Assembly: GCA_017405085.1 (NCBI GenBank)
Contig: JAFRBB010000008.1
Coordinates: 1,984 to 65,983 of the forward strand
Direction of reading: 5' to 3'
DNA from: Eubacteriaceae bacterium
Lineage (GTDB): Bacteria > Bacillota > Clostridia > Eubacteriales > Eubacteriaceae
DNA: 64,000 nucleotides
Part shown: one piece after another, positions 11,313-20,295 of the stretch
Position numbering within the stretch: position 1 is the first letter of the stretch
Layout of the letters: each line of letters opens with the position of its first letter
Notes under the pieces: generated by a model
What the model saw: only the letters and a program-made list of their open reading frames with translations
Database searches by the model: none
Told to the model about the DNA's origin: nothing
Position numbers and translations under genes: made by a program

Positions 11313-11684
11313 ATGGCAAGAATTGCCGGAGTCGATTTACCCCGTGATAAACGCGTGGAAGTCGGCTTAACCTACATTTACGGGATTGGCAGAAGCACGT
11401 CCAATCAAATTTTAGCGGAACTCAATATTGATCCCAATACACGAGTAAAAGATTTGACCGAAAGCGAAGTTAACGCGCTGCGTAATATTCTCGATGAAAA
11501 ATACACCGTCGAAGGTGACCTTCGTCGTGAAGTCAACATGAATATCAAGCGTCTCATCGAAATCGGTTCTTATCGCGGTTTGAGACATCGCCGCGGTTTA
11601 CCGGTTCGCGGTCAACGCAGCAAGACAAACGCGCGCACGCGCAAAGGTCCGAAGAAAACAGTCGGACGCGGCAAGAAGTCTTAA
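11313..11684 (+). CDS. rpsM: 30S ribosomal protein S13
   Basis: [26 protein letters not shown] is S13-like. Confidence 0.97.
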   Translation: MARIAGVDLPRDKRVEVGLTYIYGIGRSTSNQILAELNIDPNTRVKDLTESEVNALRNILDEKYTVEGDLRREVNMNIKRLIEIGSYRGLRHRRGLPVRGQRSKTNARTRKGPKKTVGRGKKS

Positions 11685-11702
11685 CTTTGAGGAGGTCAAA
11701 AA

Positions 11703-12095
11703 TTGGCTAAAAAAGTTGTCAGATCAAAAAAGAGAAAAGTCAAAAAGAATATTGAGCGCGGTATGGCGCATATTCAATCTTCTTTTAATAACACCATCGT
11801 CACCATTACCGACACCCAAGGCAACGCCTTGTCCTGGGCAAGCGCCGGCGAAATGGGCTTTCGAGGCTCCAAAAAGAGCACACCTTTTGCAGCGCAAATG
11901 GCCAGCGAACAAGCGGCCAAATTGGCAATGGAACATGGCCTGCGCACTGTGGAAGTCAATGTGAAAGGACCCGGATCCGGCAGAGAAGCTGCGATTCGTG
12001 CTCTTCAGGCAGCTGGTCTTGAAATCACCGTCATTCGTGACGTGACGCCGATTCCGCATAACGGATGCCGTCCGCCGAAGCGCAGAAGAGTTTGA
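11703..12095 (+). CDS. rpsK: 30S ribosomal protein S11
   Basis: TTG start after [37 protein letters not shown] is S11-like. Confidence 0.96.
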   Translation: MAKKVVRSKKRKVKKNIERGMAHIQSSFNNTIVTITDTQGNALSWASAGEMGFRGSKKSTPFAAQMASEQAAKLAMEHGLRTVEVNVKGPGSGREAAIRALQAAGLEITVIRDVTPIPHNGCRPPKRRRV

Positions 12096-12108
12096 TTGGA
12101 GGTAGAAT

Positions 12109-12738
12109 ATGGCCAGATATACAAAAGCATCATGCCGTCAATGCAGACGCGAAGGCATGAAATTATACTTGAAGGGCGAAAAATGCTATGCGAAAGGCAA
12201 ATGCCCTTTTGAAAAACGTCCTACACCCCCGGGTGGCAGTCCGAAGCGCAGAGCGAAACTCTCCGAATACGGTTTGCAGCTTCGTGAAAAACAAAAGGTC
12301 AAAAGAGTTTACGGTGTGCTTGAAAAACAATTCAGACACTATTTCGATATGGCCGAAAAACAAAAAGGGATTACAGGGGAAAATCTCTTAACCCTTTTGG
12401 AAACCCGTTTTGACAACGTGGTTTACAGACTCGGTCTTGCTCAATCTAGAAAAGAAGCCCGTCAGCTTATTCTTCACGAACATTTCACGGTGAATGGGAA
12501 AAAAGTGAACGTGCCTTCATATTTGATCAAAAACGGTGATGAAATTGCCGTGAAAGCAACCAGCAAAAAATCACCCAAGTTCAAAGAAATTGTGGAAGCT
12601 ACCGAAAGCAGAGCCGTTGCGCCCTGGTTGTCGGCAGATTTGGAAAATCTGAGCGGTAAGGTTGTCGGTCAACCCACAAGAGACGATATCGACATTGAAA
12701 TTGCCGAACATCTTATCGTCGAATTGTATTCTAAGTAA
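12109..12738 (+). CDS. rpsD: 30S ribosomal protein S4
   Basis: [26 protein letters not shown] plus a C-terminal S4 RNA-binding domain. Confidence 0.97.
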   Translation: MARYTKASCRQCRREGMKLYLKGEKCYAKGKCPFEKRPTPPGGSPKRRAKLSEYGLQLREKQKVKRVYGVLEKQFRHYFDMAEKQKGITGENLLTLLETRFDNVVYRLGLAQSRKEARQLILHEHFTVNGKKVNVPSYLIKNGDEIAVKATSKKSPKFKEIVEATESRAVAPWLSADLENLSGKVVGQPTRDDIDIEIAEHLIVELYSK

Positions 12739-12811
12739 AATAACCTTACTTAAAAATACTCACCCTCACGTTTTGGTCGTTTTGAAAGAATTTAGGAGGG
12801 TTTAGATTTTA

Positions 12812-13783
12812 ATGATTGAATCCAATAGAATCGAATTTGATAAAATAAGAATCGACACCGTAGATAAAACCGAAGATAACACTTACGGAAAATTTATCGT
12901 CGAACCATTGGAAAGAGGATATGGCACAACGCTCGGCAACAGCCTCAGAAGAATTATGCTCTCATCGCTGCCCGGCGTTGCCATTACCAGTGTGAAAATT
13001 GAAGGCGTGGTCAACGAATTTACGACGATTCCCGGCATCAAAGAAGACGTCATTGAGATTTTGTTAAATCTCAAAGGACTTTGCGCCAAGATGTATACCG
13101 ATGAAACGCGCACGCTGCGGATTGACGCCTTCGGTGAAGGCGAAATCACGGCTGCCGACATCCAGACCGACGCGGATGTGGAAATCGTCAATCAGGACAT
13201 GCATATTTGCACCATGGCCAGCGATGCCGAATTGCACATGGAAATGCTCATTCAGACCGGGCGCGGCTATGTGCCTTCGGAAAAAAATAAATATGAAGGC
13301 ATGCCTGCCGGAACCATTCCGATGGATTCAATTTTCTCACCGATTCGAAAAGTGAATTTCCGTGTTGAGGATACACGTCACGGTCAGGATATCAATTATG
13401 ATAAACTGATTTTGGAAGTATGGACCGACGGCACAAAAACGCCGGAAGAAGCATTGTCATTTGCGGCTCAGGTGCTGAACAAGCATCTCAATCTTTTCAT
13501 CAACTTGACAGATACCGTCAGCATTGTGGAAATCAAAGATGAAAAAGAAGTTGATCAAAATGACCGCATCCGCGAAATGTCGATCGAAGAATTGGAATTG
13601 TCTGTACGTTCCAGCAATTGTCTGAGACGCGCGAATATTGACACGGTTGAAAAACTGACACAAAAAACCGAAGAAGACATGATCAAAGTCCGCAACCTGG
13701 GCCGTAAATCATTAAATGAAATCAAGCATAAGCTTGCGGAAATCGGTTTGTCTCTCAGTCAGGAAGAAAAAGCGAAAGATTGA
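12812..13783 (+). CDS. rpoA: DNA-directed RNA polymerase subunit alpha
   Basis: The N-terminal domain has GKFIVEPLERGYGTTLGNSLRRIMLSSLPG. The C-terminal domain has ELELSVRSSNCLRRANI. Confidence 0.97.
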   Translation: MIESNRIEFDKIRIDTVDKTEDNTYGKFIVEPLERGYGTTLGNSLRRIMLSSLPGVAITSVKIEGVVNEFTTIPGIKEDVIEILLNLKGLCAKMYTDETRTLRIDAFGEGEITAADIQTDADVEIVNQDMHICTMASDAELHMEMLIQTGRGYVPSEKNKYEGMPAGTIPMDSIFSPIRKVNFRVEDTRHGQDINYDKLILEVWTDGTKTPEEALSFAAQVLNKHLNLFINLTDTVSIVEIKDEKEVDQNDRIREMSIEELELSVRSSNCLRRANIDTVEKLTQKTEEDMIKVRNLGRKSLNEIKHKLAEIGLSLSQEEKAKD

Positions 13784-14014
13784 CGCCGGGATTTTCGGAA
13801 AGATCTTAAAAAATACGATTCGCTCGCTAGGCAGACCGGTAGGACAATCTGACGGTTTGACAGTTTCGACCCTGCAAGACGCGCCGGTCGAAACATGAAC
13901 GCGACAAATAAAGGCTCATAGCGAATGTGTATGAAAAGATGACAAAACATTGTGCCTGGCATGATGGAATTGCCGCTTTTCCATGAGCCGAATCAAGAAG
14001 GCAAAGGAGAAATA

Positions 14015-14356
14015 ATGGCTGGATATAGAAAATTAGGACGTCCCAGTGATCAAAGAAAAGCCATGCTGCGCAATTTGACGACTTCTCTTTTGGAACACGG
14101 TAAAATTGAAACCACAGTTGACCGTGCCAAAGAAGTCAGACGCGTTGCGGAAAAAATGATCACGCTGGGTAAACGCGGTGATTTGCACGCCAGAAGACAG
14201 GCGCTCGCTTATATCACCAAAGAGGATGTCGTCACGCGCTTATTTGAAGATGTGGCGCCGAAATATAAAGATCGTCAGGGTGGTTACACCCGTATCTATC
14301 GCATCGGACCGCGCAGAGGCGATGCGGCGGAGCTGGCTGTGATTGAACTCGTCTAA
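14015..14356 (+). CDS. rplQ: 50S ribosomal protein L17
   Basis: [21 protein letters not shown] after AAAGGAGA. The ORF-track start at 13952 is an upstream extension. Confidence 0.95.
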   Translation: MAGYRKLGRPSDQRKAMLRNLTTSLLEHGKIETTVDRAKEVRRVAEKMITLGKRGDLHARRQALAYITKEDVVTRLFEDVAPKYKDRQGGYTRIYRIGPRRGDAAELAVIELV

Positions 14357-14378
14357 GTCGGCATACGATTTACAAATC

Positions 14379-14412
14379 GAGGGGTTAGACCGAAGGGTTT
14401 AACCTCTTTTTT
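14379..14412 (+). terminator. rho-independent terminator after rplQ
   Basis: An imperfect GC hairpin (GAGGGGTTAGACC...GGTTTAACCTC) followed by TTTTTT. Confidence 0.7.
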
Positions 14413-14431
14413 CTTATTAGCGAATATTGAA

Positions 14432-15274
14432 ATGGAACATTTGATAGAAGTCAAAAATCTAAGTTATGTTTATCCCGCGACAGAGGAACATCCCGCGGAG
14501 CAAGCGCTTTTTGATGTGTCGTTTTCTGTAAAAAAAGGGGAGTTCCTTGGCATTATCGGTCACAACGGTTCGGGTAAGTCCACCTTGGCCAAATTGCTAA
14601 ATGCCATCATTATGCCCACATCGGGGGATGTGGTTGTCGCCGGACATAATACTAAAGATGAGTCGAAAATCTGGGATATCCGCCAGACTGCCGGAATGGT
14701 CTTTCAAAATCCGGACAATCAATTGGTGGCGACGATTGTCGAGGACGATGTGGCTTTCGGTCCGGAAAACCTGGGTGTGATGCCCGAGGAAATCCGCTTA
14801 CGGGTGGACGAAGCTTTAAAGACCGTTGATATGTATGATTTTCGATCAAAAAAACCGCATCAGTTATCGGGCGGACAAAAGCAGCGCATTGCCATCGCTG
14901 GGATTTTGGCCATGGCGCCGGACTGTATTATTTTTGATGAACCGACGGCGATGCTCGATCCCTACGGACGAAAAGATGTGATGAACACCATCGCCAAGCT
15001 CAATCGGGAGCGGCATATGACGGTTTTGCATATTACCCATTATATGACGGAGCTGGCGGGAGCCGACCGCATTATTGTGTTAAATCACGGACGCATTGTG
15101 ATGGAAGGGTCGCCGAAATCAGTTTTTTCCCGGGTGGATGAGCTACATGAGATCGGGCTTGACGTCCCGCAGATGACAGAGCTCGCCCACGCGCTTAGGC
15201 AAAAGGGATACGACATTCCGGCGGATGTTTTAACAATTGATGAAATGGCGGAGAGCATATGGCACTTGAAATAA
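14432..15274 (+). CDS. ecfA1: energy-coupling factor (ECF) transporter ATPase EcfA1
   Basis: Walker A GHNGSGKST, signature LSGGQKQR and Walker B IIFDEP. It is the first of a tandem ATPase pair followed by the T component. Confidence 0.92.
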   Translation: MEHLIEVKNLSYVYPATEEHPAEQALFDVSFSVKKGEFLGIIGHNGSGKSTLAKLLNAIIMPTSGDVVVAGHNTKDESKIWDIRQTAGMVFQNPDNQLVATIVEDDVAFGPENLGVMPEEIRLRVDEALKTVDMYDFRSKKPHQLSGGQKQRIAIAGILAMAPDCIIFDEPTAMLDPYGRKDVMNTIAKLNRERHMTVLHITHYMTELAGADRIIVLNHGRIVMEGSPKSVFSRVDELHEIGLDVPQMTELAHALRQKGYDIPADVLTIDEMAESIWHLK

Positions 15275-16122
15275 AACAGCTTTCTCATATTTATTCCAAA
15301 GGCAGTCCTTTTGAATCGGTGGCCTTGAAGGACATTGACGCCGTGATTGAAACCGGGGAATTTATCGGGCTGATCGGTCATACAGGCTCGGGAAAATCCA
15401 CGCTCATTCAGCATTTAAACGGGATTTTAAAGCCGACGTCGGGAACCGTTTGTATTGACGGCAAAGACGTGTTCGCGCAGAAGAAAAAAGATATGATTGC
15501 CCTCAGGCATGCCGTTGGGCTTGTGTTTCAATATCCGGAGCATCAGCTTTTTGAGGAGACGGTGTATAAGGATGTGGCCTTTGGTCCCAAAAATTTGAAA
15601 CTGGACGAGAAGACCATCGACAGACGTGTACGGGATGCTGTGACTTTGGTGGGTCTGCCTGAGACGGTTCTTGATAAGTCGCCTTTTTCGCTCTCCGGCG
15701 GTCAAATGCGCCGGGTGGCCATTGCCGGGGTCGTGGCCATGGAGCCACAGATCCTCATTTTGGACGAACCGACAGCGGGCCTTGATCCCCACGGCCGGGA
15801 TGAGATTTTGCGTGAGATCAAAAAGCTTCATGCCGAAAAAAAGATGACGGTGATTTTGGTTTCCCACAGCATGGAAGACATCAGCCGTATCGCGGACAGA
15901 ATTTTGGTGCTTCACCAAGGCGAGAAGGTGTTTTTTGATACGCCTGCCGCTGTGTTCAGAGAGGTGGAGACCTTGGAGAAAATCGGACTTGCGGCGCCGG
16001 AGATTTCGTACTTGATCAAACGGCTTCGGGTGAAATATCCCGAGATTCCCGATGATATTTTCACTGTGGAGGATGCCGCCGCGGCCATTGATCACGTGCT
16101 CGGAGGTGGGCGTCGTGTTTAA
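15259..16122 (+). CDS. ecfA2: ECF transporter ATPase EcfA2
   Basis: GHTGSGKST, LSGGQMRR and ILILDEP. It overlaps the end of ecfA1. Confidence 0.92.
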   Translation: MALEIKQLSHIYSKGSPFESVALKDIDAVIETGEFIGLIGHTGSGKSTLIQHLNGILKPTSGTVCIDGKDVFAQKKKDMIALRHAVGLVFQYPEHQLFEETVYKDVAFGPKNLKLDEKTIDRRVRDAVTLVGLPETVLDKSPFSLSGGQMRRVAIAGVVAMEPQILILDEPTAGLDPHGRDEILREIKKLHAEKKMTVILVSHSMEDISRIADRILVLHQGEKVFFDTPAAVFREVETLEKIGLAAPEISYLIKRLRVKYPEIPDDIFTVEDAAAAIDHVLGGGRRV

Positions 16123-16939
16123 AGATATTACAATCGGTCAATATTATCCGACGGGGTCGGTGATTCACAGGCTCGATCCCAGAACGAAGTTGCTCCTCAC
16201 TTTCGGTTTTATCGTGCTTCTCTTTGTTGCCCGGAATTTGTGGGGCTATCTGGTGGCGGCGGTTTTTATCACTGTTGTCGTTTTGGTTTCCAAAATTCCT
16301 TTTTCGTATGTCCTTCGGGGACTCAAGGGCATTATTTTTATCATCTGCTTGACGATGATCCTCAATGTGTTTATGACACCGGGAGAGGCCGTCGCGAAAA
16401 TTGGATTTTTGACCATCACTAAAGAGGGGATCGCGGTCTCGGTCTATATGGCGGTGCGGCTCATTCTTTTGGTGGCCGGCACCAGTGTCATGACCCTTGC
16501 CACCACGCCGATGGATTTGACCGACGGGATGGAATATGGCCTCAGGCTCATCCCGGGGTTTAAGCGCTTTGCCCATGAATTGTCGATGATGATGTCCATC
16601 GCCCTTCGCTTTATCCCGACACTGATGGAGGAAACGGACAAAATCATCAAAGCCCAGAAAGCCCGGGGCGCTGATTTTGAATCGGGCAATCTCGTGGCCC
16701 GCGCCAAGGCGTTAGTGCCGATTATGGTGCCGCTTTTTGTCTCGGCATTCAGACGGGCGGATGAGCTGGCCACAGCGATGGAAGCTCGGTGCTACCGCGG
16801 CGGTGAAAACAGAACCCGGATGAAGGTGCTGAAGATGACGAGCCTTGACGCCTGGGCGTTTGTGGTGTTCGCGCTGTTTACGGTGGTGATCATTGCGATG
16901 AATCACTTGCCGTTACCGCTGCCCTTCCCTTTTAATTAA
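16115..16939 (+). CDS. ecfT: ECF transporter transmembrane T component
   Basis: VFKDITIGQYYPTGSVIHRLDPRTKL and the ARGA motifs are EcfT-like. GTG 16115 sits 7 nt after GGAGG and overlaps the ecfA2 stop. The ORF-track start at 16052 lies inside ecfA2. Confidence 0.9.
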   Translation: MFKDITIGQYYPTGSVIHRLDPRTKLLLTFGFIVLLFVARNLWGYLVAAVFITVVVLVSKIPFSYVLRGLKGIIFIICLTMILNVFMTPGEAVAKIGFLTITKEGIAVSVYMAVRLILLVAGTSVMTLATTPMDLTDGMEYGLRLIPGFKRFAHELSMMMSIALRFIPTLMEETDKIIKAQKARGADFESGNLVARAKALVPIMVPLFVSAFRRADELATAMEARCYRGGENRTRMKVLKMTSLDAWAFVVFALFTVVIIAMNHLPLPLPFPFN

Positions 16940-16948
16940 CATGTTTTT

Positions 16949-17719
16949 ATGATGATGAATGATTTAGATCAAAGGCGCAACATCAAGCTGACCATTGCCT
17001 ACAAGGGGACGCGTTATGCCGGTTGGCAGATTCAAAAAAACGCGCCGACCGTAGAGGCGGAGATCAAAGCCGCCATTCGCAAAATTACCGGTGAAGACAC
17101 CACGGTTTACGGCGCGGGCAGAACCGACGCCGGGGTTCACGCCCTGGGGCAAACGGCGAATTTTTTTACGACCTCAAGCATTCCCGCCGAGCGCGTCGCG
17201 CTGGCCCTAAACGCCAATTTGCCGGCGGACATCCGAATTGTTAAAAGCGAAGCGGTCCCCGCGTCTTTTCACAGTCGTTTTTGCGCCATCGGTAAGATTT
17301 ACAGCTATCGCATTGATACGGGCGCGGTCTATAATCCGCTGTTTGCTGAATTGGCTTGGCATTTGCCTTACCCCATGGATATTGATCGGATGAGGGGCGC
17401 CTCGCGCTGTTTGATCGGTACCCATGATTTCAGGTGTTTTATGGCTTCGGGCAGCTCGGTTAAGGATACGGTTCGGACCATTGAAGCCATTGATATCAAA
17501 AAAGAGAATCACTTCGTTATCCTGACTTTTCGGGGAAACGGTTTTTTGTATAACATGGTGCGCATCATCGTCGGGACCCTTTCGGAAATTGGGATGGAGA
17601 TGCGTGAAGGAGACGACATGCCTTTAATTTTGGCGTCACGAAACCGCTTGAAAGCGGGGAAGACCGCGCCGGCCAAGGGCCTTGTGATGGAGAAAGTAAT
17701 TTATACGTCTACGGATTGA
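16949..17719 (+). CDS. truA: tRNA pseudouridine(38-40) synthase TruA
   Basis: IAYKGTRYAGWQIQ and GAGRTDAGVHALGQ (catalytic Asp motif). Which of three consecutive ATGs is the start is uncertain. Confidence 0.93.
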   Translation: MMMNDLDQRRNIKLTIAYKGTRYAGWQIQKNAPTVEAEIKAAIRKITGEDTTVYGAGRTDAGVHALGQTANFFTTSSIPAERVALALNANLPADIRIVKSEAVPASFHSRFCAIGKIYSYRIDTGAVYNPLFAELAWHLPYPMDIDRMRGASRCLIGTHDFRCFMASGSSVKDTVRTIEAIDIKKENHFVILTFRGNGFLYNMVRIIVGTLSEIGMEMREGDDMPLILASRNRLKAGKTAPAKGLVMEKVIYTSTD

Positions 17720-17756
17720 AAAACCTTCATTTTTTTCATAAACTGCAAAAAAATGA

Positions 17757-17786
17757 TTGACAGTGAAGGGGCGTTTCGTCTAAAAT
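17757..17786 (+). promoter_or_regulatory. sigma-70-type promoter of rplM-rpsI
   Basis: TTGACA (17757-17762), an 18-nt spacer, then TAAAAT (17781-17786). Confidence 0.65.
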
Positions 17787-17793
17787 ATCATTT

Positions 17794-17897
17794 GGATGTC
17801 CTGCATCAAAAGCCCCGATGCAGCACGGCCGGATAATCCCCCACTTTTATCCGCGCATCCGAAAAATAGATTTTCGAAGACAAAGGAGGTTCCTAAG
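17794..17897 (+). promoter_or_regulatory. structured 5' leader of rplM (candidate L13-leader-type autoregulatory RNA)
   Basis: A ~100-nt untranslated leader with nested pairings GGATG...CATCC and CTGCATC...GATGCAG, ahead of AAGGAGG and ATG 17898. Confidence 0.4.
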
Positions 17898-18335
17898 ATG
17901 AATGCAAATGCCACCAAAATGGCTAAGTCTCAGGAAGTCGAACATAAATGGTATGTTGTTGACGCTACCGATAAAGTGCTTGGGCGTCTGGCAACGGAAG
18001 TCGCTACAATTCTGCGCGGAAAGAACAAACCGTTCTTTACACCCCATGTGGATTGCGGCGATTATGTGATCATTGTTAATGCCGATAAGGTCAAACTTAC
18101 CGGTAAGAAACTTGATCAAAAAGTATATAAAACTTTTTCCGGTTATCCCGGCGGTTTGAAAGAAGTCACCTATCGCAAGATGATGGAAGACAAACCGGAA
18201 GTTGTCGTGTATCACGCGGTTCGCGGTATGGTGCCCCATGGTGCTTTGGGTGACGCGGTGATGAAGAAGCTTCGCGTTTACGCAGGCCCCGATCATCCCC
18301 ACGCTGCTCAACAGCCGGAAGCGCTTTCAATTTAA
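17898..18335 (+). CDS. rplM: 50S ribosomal protein L13
   Basis: [45 protein letters not shown] is L13-like. The ORF-track start at 17796 covers the leader. Confidence 0.95.
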   Translation: MNANATKMAKSQEVEHKWYVVDATDKVLGRLATEVATILRGKNKPFFTPHVDCGDYVIIVNADKVKLTGKKLDQKVYKTFSGYPGGLKEVTYRKMMEDKPEVVVYHAVRGMVPHGALGDAVMKKLRVYAGPDHPHAAQQPEALSI

Positions 18336-18355
18336 CAGTCGGGAGGTAATACATT

Positions 18356-18748
18356 ATGGCAAAAGTACAATATTTTGGAACAGGCAGAAGAAAGACTTCC
18401 GTCGCCCGTGTGCGTTTACTCCCCGGCGATGGCAAGTTTGTCATTAACGGCCGTGATATCGATGATTATTTCGGTCTTGAAACCCTCAAGATGGTTGCTC
18501 GTCAACCGTTGAATCTGACCAACACCATCGACAGCTTTGACGTGATTGTCAATGTGTACGGCGGCGGCACCACCGGTCAGGCCGGTGCCATTCGTCACGG
18601 CATTGCCCGTGCGCTGATCGAAGCGGATCCCAATCTGCGTTCCGAACTCAAACGCGCCGGTTATCTCACCCGTGATTCCCGTATGGTCGAACGTAAGAAA
18701 TACGGTCTCAAAAAAGCTCGTCGCGCGCCGCAGTTCAGCAAACGTTAA
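18356..18748 (+). CDS. rpsI: 30S ribosomal protein S9
   Basis: [16 protein letters not shown]... and a C-terminal [12 protein letters not shown] are S9-like. Confidence 0.97.
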   Translation: MAKVQYFGTGRRKTSVARVRLLPGDGKFVINGRDIDDYFGLETLKMVARQPLNLTNTIDSFDVIVNVYGGGTTGQAGAIRHGIARALIEADPNLRSELKRAGYLTRDSRMVERKKYGLKKARRAPQFSKR

Positions 18749-18788
18749 TTTGAATTTGCGGCACGACATCAAACGACAATTTCAAAAT

Positions 18789-18817
18789 CGCGTAGCCTTT
18801 GGTTACGCGGTTTTTTT
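18789..18817 (+). terminator. rho-independent terminator after rpsI
   Basis: CGCGTAGCC-TTT-GGTTACGCG forms a 9-bp stem (one G-U pair), followed by G and TTTTTTT. Confidence 0.85.
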
Positions 18818-18989
18818 ATGTGAGAATGACTTTGTTGGTTTATATAAATATAAATGATTAATTATATGGATAGTCGATTTGATCGTCAGGGATGAACATC
18901 TTTTATCATTATAGCTTAAAAACATATCATTCACTTAAGTTATATATATGATAGAATAAAATGACAGGTATAAAAAGCTAGAGAAATCC

Positions 18990-19018
18990 TTTCGCGGAAT
19001 AATAAATTCTGCGAAAAA
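18990..19018. repeat. left inverted repeat / candidate recombinase core site
   Basis: TTTCGCGGAATAATAAATTCTGCGAAAAA. It is internally dyad-symmetric, with 10-nt arms around AATAA. Confidence 0.9.
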
Positions 19019-19048
19019 TTAAGATGAAATTTCAGAAACTTTAAAGCT

Positions 19049-19077
19049 ATTTTACTATGTAAACGGATTTATGTCAA
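19049..19077 (-). promoter_or_regulatory. consensus sigma-70-type promoter pointing out of the element across the left repeat
   Basis: The minus strand reads TTGACA (19077-19072), a 17-nt spacer, then TAAAAT (19054-19049). Confidence 0.7.
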
Positions 19078-19162
19078 TTGGTGACACTACAAAAACAAGA
19101 CGGTTGATTTCTTTACTTTTTATCCTAAAACGCTTTAGGAAATGAGAAAGGAGATAAGTCGA

Positions 19163-20233
19163 ATGTCCAATTATTTTTTCAGTAATGCTGAGCTATCAGA
19201 ACGAATTGATCAAAAAATCTTGTATGTCTCATCCGATAAGTATATCGATCTGTCGAACCTTCAACCTGCCGAGGAGCGGTCGACCGACAATAAAACATCT
19301 TTTTCAGAAGTTGCGGGCGCATGGCTGAAATGGATTGAGCCGCGTCTAAAACTATCCAGTAAGAATAAATATGAATATATCACGAACTGTCATCTGCTTC
19401 CGGAATTTGGCAGTTTTTTTATTGAAGATATTTCAAGAACGGATGTTACGGTGTTTCGCGATACTTTAATGTTTCGGCTAGAGAGCAAATTACAAACGCC
19501 GCTGTCATCCGCAACGATCTCAGGCATTCTCAGCGTTTTGAAAAGTATATTTCGTTTTTCATCTGATGAACTCAATCTGAAAGTATTTGACATTGGCGGT
19601 ATTTCCGTGAAAACTGCGCAGAAGCCCCTTCAAATCCTCAGTCAAAGTGAACAACAAATTTTGAGTGATTATTTATTCGCAAATTATTCGTCAACGCATT
19701 TGGGTATCTTGATCTCATTATATATGGGACTTCGGTTAGGTGAAGTCTGTGCGCTTCAATGGCAAGATGTTTCCTTTGCTGATCAAACGATATTCGTACG
19801 GCAAACGATGCAACGCTTGAGATCAGACGAAGATCCTACGACACGAACAAAAGTCATTATTTCTGAGCCAAAAAGCGGACAATCTGTCAGACATGTGCCA
19901 ATTCCGGACAAACTCATGCATTTGTTTTGGGTATTGAATAAAGAAGATGGCGCCTTTGTTTTAAGCGGGAAAAAAGAAAAAGTTGTTGAGCCGAGAACAA
20001 TGCAAAATCGTTTTAAAACCATCCTGCGAAAATGTGGCATTAGAGATATCAACTATCACGCGCTCAGACACACTTTTGCCACACGAAGTGTAGAAGTTGG
20101 ATGTGATGTGAAAAGTCTCAGCGAAATTTTGGGTCATGCCTCTGTCGGCATAACTCTCAATCGATATGTTCATCCCTCAATGAAAATAAAAAAAGAACAA
20201 ATCAATCGTGTGTCGGATTTGTTCTCTGACTAA
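19163..20233 (+). CDS. tyrosine-type site-specific recombinase/integrase
   Basis: GLRLGEVCALQWQDV (Arg I), HALRHTFATR (His-x-x-Arg) and LGHASVGITLNRYVH (His/Tyr). An N-terminal SAM-like domain is present. ATG 19163 sits 9 nt after AAAGGAG, and the ORF could start at 19142. Confidence 0.9.
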   Translation: MSNYFFSNAELSERIDQKILYVSSDKYIDLSNLQPAEERSTDNKTSFSEVAGAWLKWIEPRLKLSSKNKYEYITNCHLLPEFGSFFIEDISRTDVTVFRDTLMFRLESKLQTPLSSATISGILSVLKSIFRFSSDELNLKVFDIGGISVKTAQKPLQILSQSEQQILSDYLFANYSSTHLGILISLYMGLRLGEVCALQWQDVSFADQTIFVRQTMQRLRSDEDPTTRTKVIISEPKSGQSVRHVPIPDKLMHLFWVLNKEDGAFVLSGKKEKVVEPRTMQNRFKTILRKCGIRDINYHALRHTFATRSVEVGCDVKSLSEILGHASVGITLNRYVHPSMKIKKEQINRVSDLFSD

Positions 20234-20241
20234 AAAGTATC

Positions 20242-20271
20242 GGCGTTACCTTTGTGTAACGTCGTTTTTTT
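20242..20271 (+). terminator. rho-independent terminator of the recombinase gene, just inside the right repeat
   Basis: GGCGTTAC-CTTTGT-GTAACGTC forms an 8-bp stem (one G-U pair). It is followed by G and TTTTTTT, and the T-run overlaps the right repeat. Confidence 0.75.
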
Positions 20272-20295
20272 CGCAGAATTTATTATTCCGCGAAA
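20267..20295. repeat. right inverted repeat / candidate recombinase core site
   Basis: TTTTTCGCAGAATTTATTATTCCGCGAAA is the reverse complement of 18990-19018 at 29 of 29 positions. Confidence 0.9.

Larger units (their letters stand above)
18990..20295. mobile_element. putative invertible DNA element (inverton): recombinase gene, outward promoter and terminator between perfect 29-bp inverted repeats
   Basis: 18990-19018 is the exact reverse complement of 20267-20295. See the component features and the first finding. Confidence 0.7.

Noticed and set aside
18990-19018. Reading the 29-bp palindromic repeats as simple rho-independent terminators
   Set aside because: On both strands the T-run lies 5' of the hairpin and the A-run lies 3', which is the wrong polarity for intrinsic termination. 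A separate bona fide terminator sits at 20242-20271.
19163-20233. The integrase as a marker of a prophage, ICE or integrated plasmid
   Set aside because: No phage, conjugation or replication genes, no tRNA target and no direct-repeat att sites were seen. The recombinase is bounded by inverted rather than direct repeats enclosing only itself.
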